Shown here: piece by piece, positions 29,367-38,872 of the stretch | How the letters are laid out: each line of letters opens with the position of its first letter | Numbering within the stretch: position 1 is the stretch's first letter | NCBI GenBank assembly: GCA_963838115.1 | Contig: CAWIPU010000002.1 | Location: forward strand, 203,642 to 267,641 | Length of the DNA stretch: 64,000 nucleotides | Direction: 5' to 3' | DNA from: an uncultured Chloroflexia bacterium | Lineage (GTDB): Bacteria; Chloroflexota; Limnocylindria; Limnocylindrales; CSP1-4 | Notes under the pieces: model-generated | Databases searched by the model: none | Seen by the model: only the letters and a program-made list of their open reading frames with translations | Told to the model about the DNA's origin: nothing | Made by a program: the position numbers and the translations under genes

Positions 29367-29869
29367 GGGAGCCCGCCAGTTCGGACGCCTACATCAGCGA
29401 GGGTCCGTACATGTCCGCCATGGTGTCCAGCGTCTAGCCGAACGTGGCGGCGAGGCCGGCCAGTGCCGCGACCGGGTTCCCCCGCGCGGAAGGCGCGCTC
29501 CTCACCGGTCGGTGCGACCGCGACCGCGAACAAGTCGTCCGAACGCTCCGACTCGCCAAGTCCCATCGAGGCGCAGCGTAGGCCCTCGATCTGCCAGCCC
29601 TCCGGTAGGCGCTTTTGCGTGGCCCTGCAACCCGGCGCCCGTGCCATCCGACGCCGTGGACGATGTCAACGACCAAGCGAGATCAGACCTCCTCCTCGCC
29701 CGAGGTGGTCTCGACGAAACTGTCGACGCCGAAGCCGATGAGCGCGATGCTGCGGCCGCGAGGCCGGCAGCGACAGCGATGAGGCGCTCGGCGATGTTCC
29801 ACCCGACCGTGAGGTACTCGAGACGCAGACTCCGACGGAGGAGTGCCTGCCGGGACGCGGCGAGTCCCG

Positions 29870-30304
29870 TCATGATGCGGTCGGTCCCGTCGGGCTGCCG
29901 GCGCCAATGACCGACTGCAGCAGTGCGAAGCCCTCAGGCGAGCCGGGCCAGCGCGATCGCAGCTCGTCGGTGCCGAGCCGTCGGCGGACGTAACGGAGCA
30001 CGAGCACCGCGACGACGACATCGTCGAGCGGCCCGAGGATGGGGATGAACTCGGGGATGAGGTCGATGGGGTTGACCAGCCAGACGACGAGGCCCGCGAT
30101 GGCAAGGCGCGGCCCGAGCGGAGCCTGGCCGTCGGCGAGTACGTCCCGGCAGAGCCGGAGGATGTCGGGCACGACGCGGACGAGTTCGCCGAGCCGCACG
30201 TCCCGGGGGCGGAGCACCCATAACAGCGCGATGAACAAGAGCCAGACCGCGACCATCCCGACGAGGACGCCGACGAGCGGGGTGAGGTCCATGACCTCGA
30301 GCAT
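29870..30304 (-). CDS. DUF1232 (YkvA-like) membrane protein
   Basis: family motif NPIDLIPEFIPILGPLDDVVV preceded by a TM helix. Confidence 0.6.
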   Translation of the reverse strand: MLEVMDLTPLVGVLVGMVAVWLLFIALLWVLRPRDVRLGELVRVVPDILRLCRDVLADGQAPLGPRLAIAGLVVWLVNPIDLIPEFIPILGPLDDVVVAVLVLRYVRRRLGTDELRSRWPGSPEGFALLQSVIGAGSPTGPTAS

Positions 30305-30907
30305 GCCACGCTTTCGGCGGTGTTCCTGACCGGCGGGACAGAGGGAGGCCCCGGACAACGCGTCCGGGCCCGATGAGTGGCGAACGGTGACGCTACGCGG
30401 CGTCGTCCACCGTCGCGGTCGCCTCTGCGATGGCGACCTCCGCCACCATCCGCGCCTCGCGCAGGCTCTTTGCATGGGCCCGCCAGTGCTCGGCGCACGT
30501 CGTGCTCAGGCCGTCCTTGCGGCTGGGCTGCTTCGGGAACTCGCCGATCAGCACCTCGTGGGGCTCGGCCGAATTGGAGCGCGAGTCGGTGGCACTCGCC
30601 GTCATGGACCTGTCACCTGACCGACAACAGGTCGTTACGCGTCGCCGGCAGGCTGGATATTGCTGCCAGTGAGGGCGCCGGTGGGTCACCCCAGCCGGTG
30701 CCGGACGAGTCCCGAACCGATCTCAGGCTGGCAGCGACGACACGGGGGACGTGTCGGGTGTCTCGGTCCCGCACGACCCGGGCAGTTGGACAACAGGCAC
30801 CCTCTCGTTCGCTGAGTGCGACCAGGGGCCCGTCCTGTCCATCGGGGTGGCGCGACCGACGAGCGGGGGCGCGTCGGTCGGCGACTCAAGCCCCCAGGAG
30901 GTATCCC

Positions 30908-31429
30908 ATGGGTCAGAAGAGACTGACCATCCTGGCGAGTCTGGCCATGGCCATCGTGGCCATCCCGCTCGCCGTTTCGGCAGCCGCCGCGGGCGGCCTA
31001 CCCACCAACAACGGGTGGTACGACGGGCACCAGATCTACTACCTGGATCAGGGGGTCGAGAAGAAGGCCCACCGCAAGCATGTCGCGGACATCTTCCTCA
31101 TCGGTGGGAACCGGGCATACCAGGCCAACGTCGTCGACTCCGTACCTGGCGTCAAGGGCTACTCGCCGCACTGGGACGTCAACGTCGTGCACACGGTGCT
31201 CGGCGTGACACTCGATGACATCCTGGCCTCTCCCTACGCGTCGAGCAGCTATCCGGAGGCACTCTTCGATAGCGTTCCCGACATCCTCGCTGCGGAGGCC
31301 GCGGGCCTGGTCACCATCGAGGCGCCCGGCGTGCTGGTCCTCTGCCCCATCGTCAACGTGAAGGCTGCCGACGCGCCCGGCCACACGGCGGCGACGGAGG
31401 TCTTCCCGGCCTTCCCTAGCACCTTCTAG
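30908..31429 (+). CDS. secreted hypothetical protein
   Basis: AGGAGG RBS; signal peptide MGQKRLTILASLAMAIVAIPLAVSAAAA; conserved-looking NGWYDGHQIYYLDQG...YQANVVDSVPGVKGYSPHWDV core. Confidence 0.55.
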   Translation: MGQKRLTILASLAMAIVAIPLAVSAAAAGGLPTNNGWYDGHQIYYLDQGVEKKAHRKHVADIFLIGGNRAYQANVVDSVPGVKGYSPHWDVNVVHTVLGVTLDDILASPYASSSYPEALFDSVPDILAAEAAGLVTIEAPGVLVLCPIVNVKAADAPGHTAATEVFPAFPSTF

Positions 31430-31676
31430 CCGACCGTCCGAGTGGGTCGTATGCGAATGCGACCCACTCGGACCACCAGTTGTTCGAGGGAGTCCCGGTG
31501 CCATGTCGGCCCGTTCGCCAGCCTGCCGGCAGGCGTTCGTGGGCCTCCCGTCAGGGGCGCCGCAGGGCATCATCCGCGGTCACGACATCAGCTTGGGCCG
31601 AGGTCGCCCGCTGCTCAGGCCCAGTAGCGCGAGCATCCACGGGACCGTAGCCATCCCGCTCATCGGGAGTGACTTC

Positions 31677-32126
31677 GTGGTCTGGCCGGTCGTCGCCATC
31701 TGGCTCGTGTTCATCGGCTCCGCCTGGCTGTTCGGCCGACACCTGCTCACCACCCGGGCGCAATGCATCGTCACCGCGCTCGTGGCCCTACCAGTACTCT
31801 TCCTCCTGGCCTTCGAGGGCGGCTGGTGGCTCATCCCGGCCGACCTCGCCTGGCTGGCGATCGAGAGCGCGAAGGCCGCGATCGCGGCGAGTGGCAGCAT
31901 CCTCGCCCGACGTGGTGGCCGTCCGGTCGGACACGCGGTTAGGGTGGCCGCGGCGGGAGCTGATGAACGCCCTCCTTCCCTCCCCTGGCGTGGGTCGAGC
32001 GCAGGAGCGACTTCGTTCGAATGCACCACGGATCAGGCGAAGTCCATGAAGGCGATGGTTGTGGCCGGAGACGACCTCGCGGTCGGAACACGGCCAACGG
32101 TATCGGACCGCCCGCCGCTGACTTGA
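31677..32126 (+). CDS. hypothetical membrane protein (2-3 TM)
   Basis: high GC3; GGGAG then GTG start; hydrophobic helices; extent of the C-terminus uncertain. Confidence 0.3.
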   Translation: MVWPVVAIWLVFIGSAWLFGRHLLTTRAQCIVTALVALPVLFLLAFEGGWWLIPADLAWLAIESAKAAIAASGSILARRGGRPVGHAVRVAAAGADERPPSLPWRGSSAGATSFECTTDQAKSMKAMVVAGDDLAVGTRPTVSDRPPLT

Positions 32127-32443
32127 GGCAGCGATCCACCCGGTGGCGGCCCCGGCCGGCGACGATCCCGGCCCGACACGGCTCCACATCCGCGGCTCGA
32201 TCTGTCGCGTACCCGATGGGAGATGGATCCATTGGAAAGGGCACCAATCGTTCGAAACCGACGGGGAATGACCCGCCGGTCAGCTCGCCCACGTAGTAGG
32301 CGCCATGGGGCCCGACGACCACGCATGTGCGCGAGCCGTAGCCTGGCTTGGTACGGGTCGACGCTGAGGCTCGATGCCCATGGCGGATACGGTGGCGTAC
32401 GACTGCTCGGCGTCATCCCGGTCGGGTCCGCCCGGGGGCCTGA

Positions 32444-32578
32444 GCTGAAGGCGGCGCCAACGTGTGGCGCGTGGTGCCCGGTGAGGAGCCGACCGAGTAC
32501 GCCACGGGGTTGACCAACATCATCGATCTGGGCTTCGGTCCCGACGGCACGCTCTGCGTGGCCGAGATCGCCCAATGA
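32444..32578 (+). pseudogene. 45-codon C-terminal remnant of a beta-propeller-type protein
   Basis: stop-to-stop frame without ATG encoding ...NVWRVVPGEEPTEYATGLTNIIDLGFGPDGTLCVAEIAQ. Confidence 0.2.
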
Positions 32579-32633
32579 CGGCCTCATGGCGTTCTACTCC
32601 GGTCAGGGCGACGTCGCACCCGCGCCGTGGCGG

Positions 32634-33056
32634 TCACCGCGGGTAGGTCTTGAAGCGCCGCGCAAGTTCACCCAGGAACTCGTCGGCAGGAGCGGACGGG
32701 TCGAGACCACGAGCCATGACCGCCAGGAGTTCGCGCCGGTGGGCGAGGACGGCGCCACGGAAGCGCACCCCCTCCGGGGTGAGCTGCGCCACCGTGGCCC
32801 GCCTGTCCTGCTCATCCCGTGCCAGGCTCAGCAGTCCGCGGTCCTCGAGGCGGCGGAGCAGGTGGCTCGTCGCCTGGAGGGTGGCGTCCATGCGGCGAGC
32901 CACGTCGCCCACTCGAAGTCCCGAATCGGCTTCTCCCACGATCGCGATGGCCCACCATTGCGTGAACGTGAGGTCGCGGCCCACAGCGGCGCGGTCGAGC
33001 GCCTGCGAGGTCAGTGCGACCCCGCCGAACACGATGCGAGCGAGCGCATCGACCAT
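32634..33056 (-). CDS. MarR family transcriptional regulator
   Basis: winged-helix LTFTQWWAIAIV...LRVGDVARRMDATLQATSHLLRRLEDRGLLSLARDEQDRRATVAQLTPEG. Confidence 0.8.
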   Translation of the reverse strand: MVDALARIVFGGVALTSQALDRAAVGRDLTFTQWWAIAIVGEADSGLRVGDVARRMDATLQATSHLLRRLEDRGLLSLARDEQDRRATVAQLTPEGVRFRGAVLAHRRELLAVMARGLDPSAPADEFLGELARRFKTYPR

Positions 33057-33102
33057 GGTCTCTGATGTCCGTTCCACGGCCTCACCGTAGCAACATGAGC
33101 GA

Positions 33103-33150
33103 TAGCCTACAAGCGATAGTTGTGTGCGCTTGACAAACGCGCGTAGGCTA
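33103..33150. promoter_or_regulatory. inverted repeat TAGCCTAC ... GTAGGCTA with inner TTGT...ACAA palindrome in the MarR/hydrolase divergent region
   Basis: seen directly; typical MarR operator architecture. Confidence 0.3.
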
Positions 33151-33363
33151 GTAACGCGGATCAGCAACGAGCTATCCGGAAGGTGGGGATCGGATCGCCA
33201 CTTTGATCCCTCACGCCTCCCCACCGAATTCGCCGCGCGTGATCGGTGTCGGCACAGCGCCGGATGCTCGTGCTCGAAGCATCGCGACGGACCTCCCACG
33301 GCTCGGCCCTCCGCGATGACGATCGCCAGCCCCAAGACCCACCAGAGGGATCGGAGGAACCAG

Positions 33364-34260
33364 ATGACCCGCAACCTACCGATGTCGGCAAGCCTCGCGT
33401 TCGCACTCGCGTTGGCCGCGCCGCTGGCCGTCACCGCCCAGGAGGAGGTCACGTTCGACTCGGGCGGTGTGCCCATCGCCTACACGGACATGGGCGGCGA
33501 CGGCGAGCCGGTCGTGCTCATCCACAGCTTCCTGAGCTCGGCGGACATGTGGACGAACGCGGGCTTCGAGCCGTCCGAGGAGTTCCGCTACATCGCCCTC
33601 GATCTGCGTGGCCACGGCGACAGCGGCAAGCCCGAGGACCCCGACGCCTACGGCCTCGAGGTGGTCGAGGACGTCATGCGCCTCATGGATCACCTGGGGC
33701 TCGAGGATGCGCATGTCGCTGGCTACTCGATCGGAGCCGAGGTCGCGCTCCGCCTCGCGGCCGAGCATCCCGAGCGCGTGCGCTCGCTCGTGGTGGCCGG
33801 CTCCGGCTGGTCGGACCCCGCCAAGGAGGGCGAGATCTACGCCGGGGTAGCCATGGGGCTCGCCGCCAGTCGCACCGTGCGTGACATGGTCATGGCCGGC
33901 ATGCCCGCGGACATGCCCCAGGAGCAACTCGACTTCCTGTCCGGGTCGATGGAGGCGCACGGCATCGATCTCGACTACGACGGCACGGCCGGCCTCGCGG
34001 GTGTGGCCGGATCCATGGGCGACATCCTGGGCCTGACCGAAGCGGACATGGCCTCGATCGACGTCCCGGTCCTCGGGGTCGTCAGCGAGAACGACGACGA
34101 GCGACCCAACATCGAGCGGATGGAGGGCGTGGTACCGGACTTCGAGCTCGTGCTCGTCCCCGCTGGCCCCACGGGCGACCCGTGGCTCGATCACCTTGGA
34201 GCGGTCCTCGATCCGACCTTCCGCGAGAGCATCGTCGAGTTCCTCGCCGCACAGGCATAG
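33364..34260 (+). CDS. secreted alpha/beta hydrolase
   Basis: GGAGGA RBS; signal peptide; VVLIHSFLSS, nucleophile elbow GYSIGAEVA. Confidence 0.8.
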   Translation: MTRNLPMSASLAFALALAAPLAVTAQEEVTFDSGGVPIAYTDMGGDGEPVVLIHSFLSSADMWTNAGFEPSEEFRYIALDLRGHGDSGKPEDPDAYGLEVVEDVMRLMDHLGLEDAHVAGYSIGAEVALRLAAEHPERVRSLVVAGSGWSDPAKEGEIYAGVAMGLAASRTVRDMVMAGMPADMPQEQLDFLSGSMEAHGIDLDYDGTAGLAGVAGSMGDILGLTEADMASIDVPVLGVVSENDDERPNIERMEGVVPDFELVLVPAGPTGDPWLDHLGAVLDPTFRESIVEFLAAQA

Positions 34261-34269
34261 CGGGCCCCG

Positions 34270-34488
34270 ATGGAGCGCCTCACTCGCTTTCGCCGAGAGG
34301 TCTCGAGCCGCTATCGTGAGGGAGACCTCTTCGACCGAGGGGTCGGCCTGGCCGTCGGTCTCGCGCTCGGCATCCTCCTCGGCGTCGGCATCGGCAACGC
34401 TGGAGCCGGTCTGGTCCTCGGGGTCGCGCTGGGAGCCGGATTGGAAGCCGATGGGCGGAAGCGTCGGGAGCGGGCCCGACGACCGTAG
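34270..34488 (+). CDS. small glycine-zipper membrane protein (72 aa)
   Basis: GVGLAVGLALGILLGVGIGNAGAGLVLGVALGAGL; high GC3; immediately downstream of the hydrolase. Confidence 0.3.
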   Translation: MERLTRFRREVSSRYREGDLFDRGVGLAVGLALGILLGVGIGNAGAGLVLGVALGAGLEADGRKRRERARRP

Positions 34489-34534
34489 GTCGAGCCAGGC
34501 GACGAGGAGCTCGGTACAGCCGGGAGCGACGAGA

Positions 34535-34610
34535 GACCCGTCGCTGCCACCCTTGGGCGCCGTCCACGACCCGCTCGTTCAAGAGCATCGTGGAGTTCCT
34601 GTCTGAGTAG
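34535..34610 (+). pseudogene. remnant of a paralogous alpha/beta hydrolase 3' end
   Basis: ~76 bp alignable to 34185-34260 (GACCCGT.G...CCTTGG...GAGCATCGT(C/G)GAGTTCCT...TAG); encodes ...FKSIVEFLSE* versus FRESIVEFLAAQA*. Confidence 0.35.
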
Positions 34611-34665
34611 CCATAGCGTCAGTGGCGGCCCTGGCGCCCGCTCGGAACAACCCGGCCGCCATGGC

Positions 34666-35157
34666 ATGACCACGCATCATCGACCTAGTGAATGGAGATC
34701 CATCTTGTCAGCAGAATCAAACAAGGCGCTCGTACGCCGGTTCATGCAGTCCTACAACGACCGGGAGATGGACATCTTCGAGGAGCTGGTGGCCGAGGAC
34801 TACATCGACCACGTCTTCGAACAGACGGGACGCGACGCCCTCAAGTCGTTGTTCACGATGGCCTTCGAGGGCTTCCCCGACTGGTACGAGGCCATCGAGG
34901 ACATCATCGCCGAGGACGACCGGGTGTGGCTCCGCGTCAAGGCCACCGGGACACACACGGGCGACTGGGATCTGCTCGGGGTCAAGCTGCCGGCGACGGG
35001 CAAGCGTGTGGAACTCAACATGGTGTTCATCTGGCGCATCGCCGATGGCCGGATCGCCGAGGGCTGGGAGCTCGATGACAACATGCCGTTCCTCCAGGCG
35101 CTCGGCGTGGTGGACTACACCGAGTTCGGCAAGCCGCTCGAAGAGGTCTTCCGGTAG
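34666..35157 (+). CDS. ester cyclase (SnoaL-like)
   Basis: SAESNKALVRRFMQSYNDREMDIFEELVAEDYIDHV...; true start may be the TTG at ~34705 (GGAGA RBS). Confidence 0.7.
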   Translation: MTTHHRPSEWRSILSAESNKALVRRFMQSYNDREMDIFEELVAEDYIDHVFEQTGRDALKSLFTMAFEGFPDWYEAIEDIIAEDDRVWLRVKATGTHTGDWDLLGVKLPATGKRVELNMVFIWRIADGRIAEGWELDDNMPFLQALGVVDYTEFGKPLEEVFR

Positions 35158-35358
35158 GACCGGGCGGGGCTCGGGATGGATGTCACCCTAGCCGAGATGC
35201 GACCCTGGGACTATGTGACTCTTACGTCGGCGACCTTTGCGGCTACTACTTGTGCCTCATGAACCCGCCCTCGGCGCGGTTCCCATGCCCGGCACCGTGG
35301 CCGGATCTCGACCGAACTGATCGACTGCTCGCCACTTGGGCAGCTATGGAGGAACCAG

Positions 35359-36333
35359 ATGAAGGCCATCGTCCAAGATCGCTACGGGACCCCAGCGGAC
35401 GTCCTGGAGCTCCGGGAGGTCGAGATTCCGACCATCGAAGATGACGAGGTGCTCGTCCGCGTCCGCGCCGCCTCGATCCACGTCGGTGACTGGATAATCT
35501 TGCGAGGCGCGCCGTACATCATGCGCCCGATGTTCGGGCTGCGGGCCCCCAAGGTCTCGGTCCCGGGCACGGACATGGCCGGCGTAATCGAGGCGACCGG
35601 TAGCGGGGTGACCAACGTCAAGCCCGGGGATGAGGTCTTCGGCTGGGGCGACGGTGCCTTCGCCGAGTACCTGGCCGCCCCCGCCGTGAACATCCTGCCC
35701 AAGCCCTCCGACTTCACGTTCGAGCAAGCCGCGGCCCTCGGGGTCTCCGCGTTCACGGCCCTCAAGGCCATGCGTGACCGAGGGCAGGTCCGGGCAGGGC
35801 AGAAGGTCCTCATCAACGGTGCGTCGGGTGGCGTCGGCACGTTCGCCGTGCAGATCGCGAAGTCCATGGGTGCGGAGGTCACCGGGGTCTGCAGCTCGAA
35901 GAATGCGGATCCGCTCAGCTCGATCGGCGCCGATCACGTCATCGACTACACGCGTGAGGACTTCACCCAGAGTGACGCGCGGTACGACTTCATCCTCGAC
36001 AACGTGGGGAATCGCTCGCTCTCCGATCTCCGCCGCGTGCTCACGCCTGATGGGAGAGTGCAGCCCAACGGTGGGGGCCATCACCCCGGCCGCTGGTTCG
36101 GATCGCTCGGTAGCGTCGTGAGCAACGGCATCAGATCACGCTTCGATCGCCAACTCCTGGGGCCCTTCCTCTCGACGAACAACGCGGAGGACCTCGCCGT
36201 GCTCCGGGAGCTTGCCGAGGACGGGAAGATCAAGCCGGTCATCGACAAGACGTACCCGCTGGCCGAAGTGGCTCAGGCGATGGGCTACGTCGGCGAGGGC
36301 CACGCCAGCGGAACGGTGGTCCTCACCGTCTAG
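35359..36333 (+). CDS. NAD(P)-dependent alcohol dehydrogenase (MDR/quinone-oxidoreductase superfamily)
   Basis: GGAGGA RBS; MKAIVQDRYG...GASGGVGTFAVQIAK cofactor motif. Confidence 0.85.
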   Translation: MKAIVQDRYGTPADVLELREVEIPTIEDDEVLVRVRAASIHVGDWIILRGAPYIMRPMFGLRAPKVSVPGTDMAGVIEATGSGVTNVKPGDEVFGWGDGAFAEYLAAPAVNILPKPSDFTFEQAAALGVSAFTALKAMRDRGQVRAGQKVLINGASGGVGTFAVQIAKSMGAEVTGVCSSKNADPLSSIGADHVIDYTREDFTQSDARYDFILDNVGNRSLSDLRRVLTPDGRVQPNGGGHHPGRWFGSLGSVVSNGIRSRFDRQLLGPFLSTNNAEDLAVLRELAEDGKIKPVIDKTYPLAEVAQAMGYVGEGHASGTVVLTV

Positions 36334-36563
36334 GGGCCTCGTTACCAGGCGTTCGTCGGCTGCGGCGAGCCGCGCATTCCATCAGCGCCGTCCGAGCGAG
36401 GATGTCGATCATGCTATCGGTGCACTCGGCCGGTTGCTCGAACAACGGTCGGTGCGGGGCCGATGGTGCCTCCGAGATAGGCTGAGTGGCGAGCGTGGGC
36501 CAGAGCGGAGACGCCCTCACGCTCCTGCGAATACGACCGAGGCCCGAGCCTCCCCGCTCGCGG

Positions 36564-37850
36564 TCAAAGAGACGCGTCGAAAAAGCCGATGACTCGGGTC
36601 TGCCACTCGTCGGGGTGGAGCGCGAGCGACTGGATGTGGGGCGTCTCCGGGAGTTCCCACAGCTCGAGCGAGGGCCTGGATCCTGTCAGCAGACGTGCGG
36701 CGGCAACCTCATCCTGTCCCCTGCCGACGATGACCAGCAAGGGCACGTCGGTCGCCTGTGCCACCGCCTCGCGCAGGGACATCGGTGGAGCGACGTCGGT
36801 CATCAGCGTCGCCACGGCCCACATGATCTCGCCGTCGACGCGCTGGATGATGCCGGTGGCATCACCGGGGAGATAGGCGAGATCCGCAGGAACTCTCGAA
36901 CTCACGCCTTCGGCCACCACGGCGGCCAATCCAGCCGTCGAGGCCGCTGCCGTGATGGCCACCTCGCCACCCATCGACAAGCCGAGCGCGCCGATGCGCT
37001 CGGGATCGACGGCATCCTGGTCGCGCAGCCAGGCGACCGCTGCCGCGACGTCGGCGACGCCATGCCAGCCCCAGGCATTGCCGATGCCACCACTGCCACC
37101 ACTGCCACCGCTGCCACGGGAGTCCAGGGCAAGCACTCCGTACCCGTGCTCGATGAGCACGCTCGCATGCTCGACCGTCGATCCCTTGTCGCCGCCCGAC
37201 CCGGGCAGGACGATGACGACCGCGCCGTTGCGCGAAGGTGTGTACCACGCCGAAAGGGAGACCGAGCCGTCGGCATCGAACCGGACGGCACGTGCGTCGG
37301 TCGGTCGTTCCGCGCTGAGCGGTGTGCTCGGCGGATGCGTGCCGTAGACAGCCCCCGCCAAGGGGATGAGGACGAACTGCAGGATGAGGAACGCGATGGG
37401 TATGGCCGCGAGCCGCCACCATCCAGGGGTCGCGCGGACCAGCAACCACGCGCCGGACCCGAGGAGGACAAGTCCTGCCGCCAGGGTGGCTGTCATCACC
37501 ACGCCGACGAGGGACGGCCCGCTCGTGACCAACCACACCGGCCCGATCGCGCCACCTGCGCTGACGCCGACGATGCCCGCGATGAGGGCAGCCAGCCCGC
37601 GCTGAGCGATGCTGTCGCGCGAGATGAAGAGGCCCAACACGACCGCTACGACCACCGCGACCGCGACGCCGGCGAGCCGCGCCGGTGTAGATACATCGGA
37701 GATCGATGCCATCACGACGAGGCCCAGGCCGACCACCGCGACCCCCATCGTGAGCACGATGTGCCTTCGCCAGACGTTGTCCGCGAGGCGATCGCCCAAC
37801 CTCCTCGCCCTTGACAAGGGCAGCGGCGACCCCCTATCTGCTGATGCCAT
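36564..37850 (-). CDS. alpha/beta hydrolase (dienelactone-hydrolase-like) with N-terminal multi-TM domain
   Basis: ~5 N-terminal TM helices, then VIVLPGSGGD...LGLSMGGEVA nucleophile elbow; internal GSGGSGGSGG repeat. Confidence 0.7.
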   Translation of the reverse strand: MASADRGSPLPLSRARRLGDRLADNVWRRHIVLTMGVAVVGLGLVVMASISDVSTPARLAGVAVAVVVAVVLGLFISRDSIAQRGLAALIAGIVGVSAGGAIGPVWLVTSGPSLVGVVMTATLAAGLVLLGSGAWLLVRATPGWWRLAAIPIAFLILQFVLIPLAGAVYGTHPPSTPLSAERPTDARAVRFDADGSVSLSAWYTPSRNGAVVIVLPGSGGDKGSTVEHASVLIEHGYGVLALDSRGSGGSGGSGGIGNAWGWHGVADVAAAVAWLRDQDAVDPERIGALGLSMGGEVAITAAASTAGLAAVVAEGVSSRVPADLAYLPGDATGIIQRVDGEIMWAVATLMTDVAPPMSLREAVAQATDVPLLVIVGRGQDEVAAARLLTGSRPSLELWELPETPHIQSLALHPDEWQTRVIGFFDASL

Positions 37851-37940
37851 GCGTGACCTCCATCACGACCGTGGTGACGCCGGCGTGACCTGGGCGGAGC
37901 TGCACGAAGTCATGCGCCCATCGCGAACGGTTTGGCCATT

Positions 37941-38097
37941 ATTTGCCACTCGCCTCTGAGCGATCCATGTCGACGGGGTACGCCAAGCCGCCGGCCGTCG
38001 CCGTGAGTGGCTCGGGCTGCGGGAACAGGAAGACGAGGTGCCCGAAGCCGTGGGCGAACAGGAGCAGCGCGAGCAGCCAAGGACCAAGCCCGGCCAC
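37941..38097 (-). CDS. candidate small hydrophobic peptide (52 codons, GTG start) with HGFGH motif
   Basis: 84% GC3; VAGLGPWLLALLLFAHGFGHLVFLFPQPEP...; below the ORF-track length cut-off. Confidence 0.2.
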
Positions 38098-38680
38098 GGG
38101 TCAGCAGCAACCAGGTAGCGCCTGCCACGACGGCGAGGGCAAGAGATCAAGCGATGCGCCTCATGGCTCCCACCATCGGGCCTGTTCGTCCACGCGGGAA
38201 GGGCCAGAGCTACCCCGGTCGCTGGGACATGGGTCAGGATGGCGCCGACGCCGAGCTCGGGCGTCCATGCAACAGCCAGCGTGCAGTCACGTTGGACACC
38301 GGTGCGGGTGATGGGAGGGACGCGCCGCGACTGCACCAGCCGCATGGCCTCATCCGCTTCAGCCTCGGGCGGTGGCTTCGCCGTGCTCATGGCATCGGGC
38401 TACGGGTTCGACGCCTCGAGCGTCAACTACGGCGCCTACCCGACGAGGCGCTGGCCGTCTTCGAGGCGCACCTGAAGGCGCCGACGTCTGGGCTCCGATG
38501 ATCGGAGCCCGAGCCGCACTCACGTCTCGGAACCGCGCGAGCCTCCGCGCCCCGCCAAGTGTGGCCTTCGCGAGTATGGGCCTTCGCAGATAGCTGCGAC
38601 CTAGCGGCGCCTGACCCCGAGGCGCGGACATGGATGTCCGGGACCAGGGCCGGCATCGAGAGCCGCGCCCGGTGCGACCG

Positions 38681-38802
38681 AGCGAACTCGCGGCCGACCA
38701 TGCGGTGCCGCTCGTCCTCGGTGGCGAGCCGCTCCCGGCGCACCTGGCGTCCTCTGTGCGAGCTGCAACTCGCGCAAGGGCCTGAGCCAGCGGCGGAGGT
38801 GA
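38681..38802 (+). pseudogene. HNH-endonuclease motif remnant (frameshifted)
   Basis: frame a: ADHAVPLVLGGEP...; +1 frame: ...VLCASCNSRKGLSQRRR*; together they resemble DHxxPxxxGG-x8-LCxxCNxxKG. Confidence 0.25.
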
Positions 38803-38872
38803 GGGCAGGGATGCCCCGTACGTCCGCCAACCCGGCGACAGGGGGCGTGAGCTTGGCCTCTTCGCCCCGGTC

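Noticed and set aside
32000-32020. tRNA-like T-loop match (GTTCGAAT)
   Set aside because: No acceptor/anticodon stem context; lies inside a coding frame; no tRNA recognised anywhere in the window by eye
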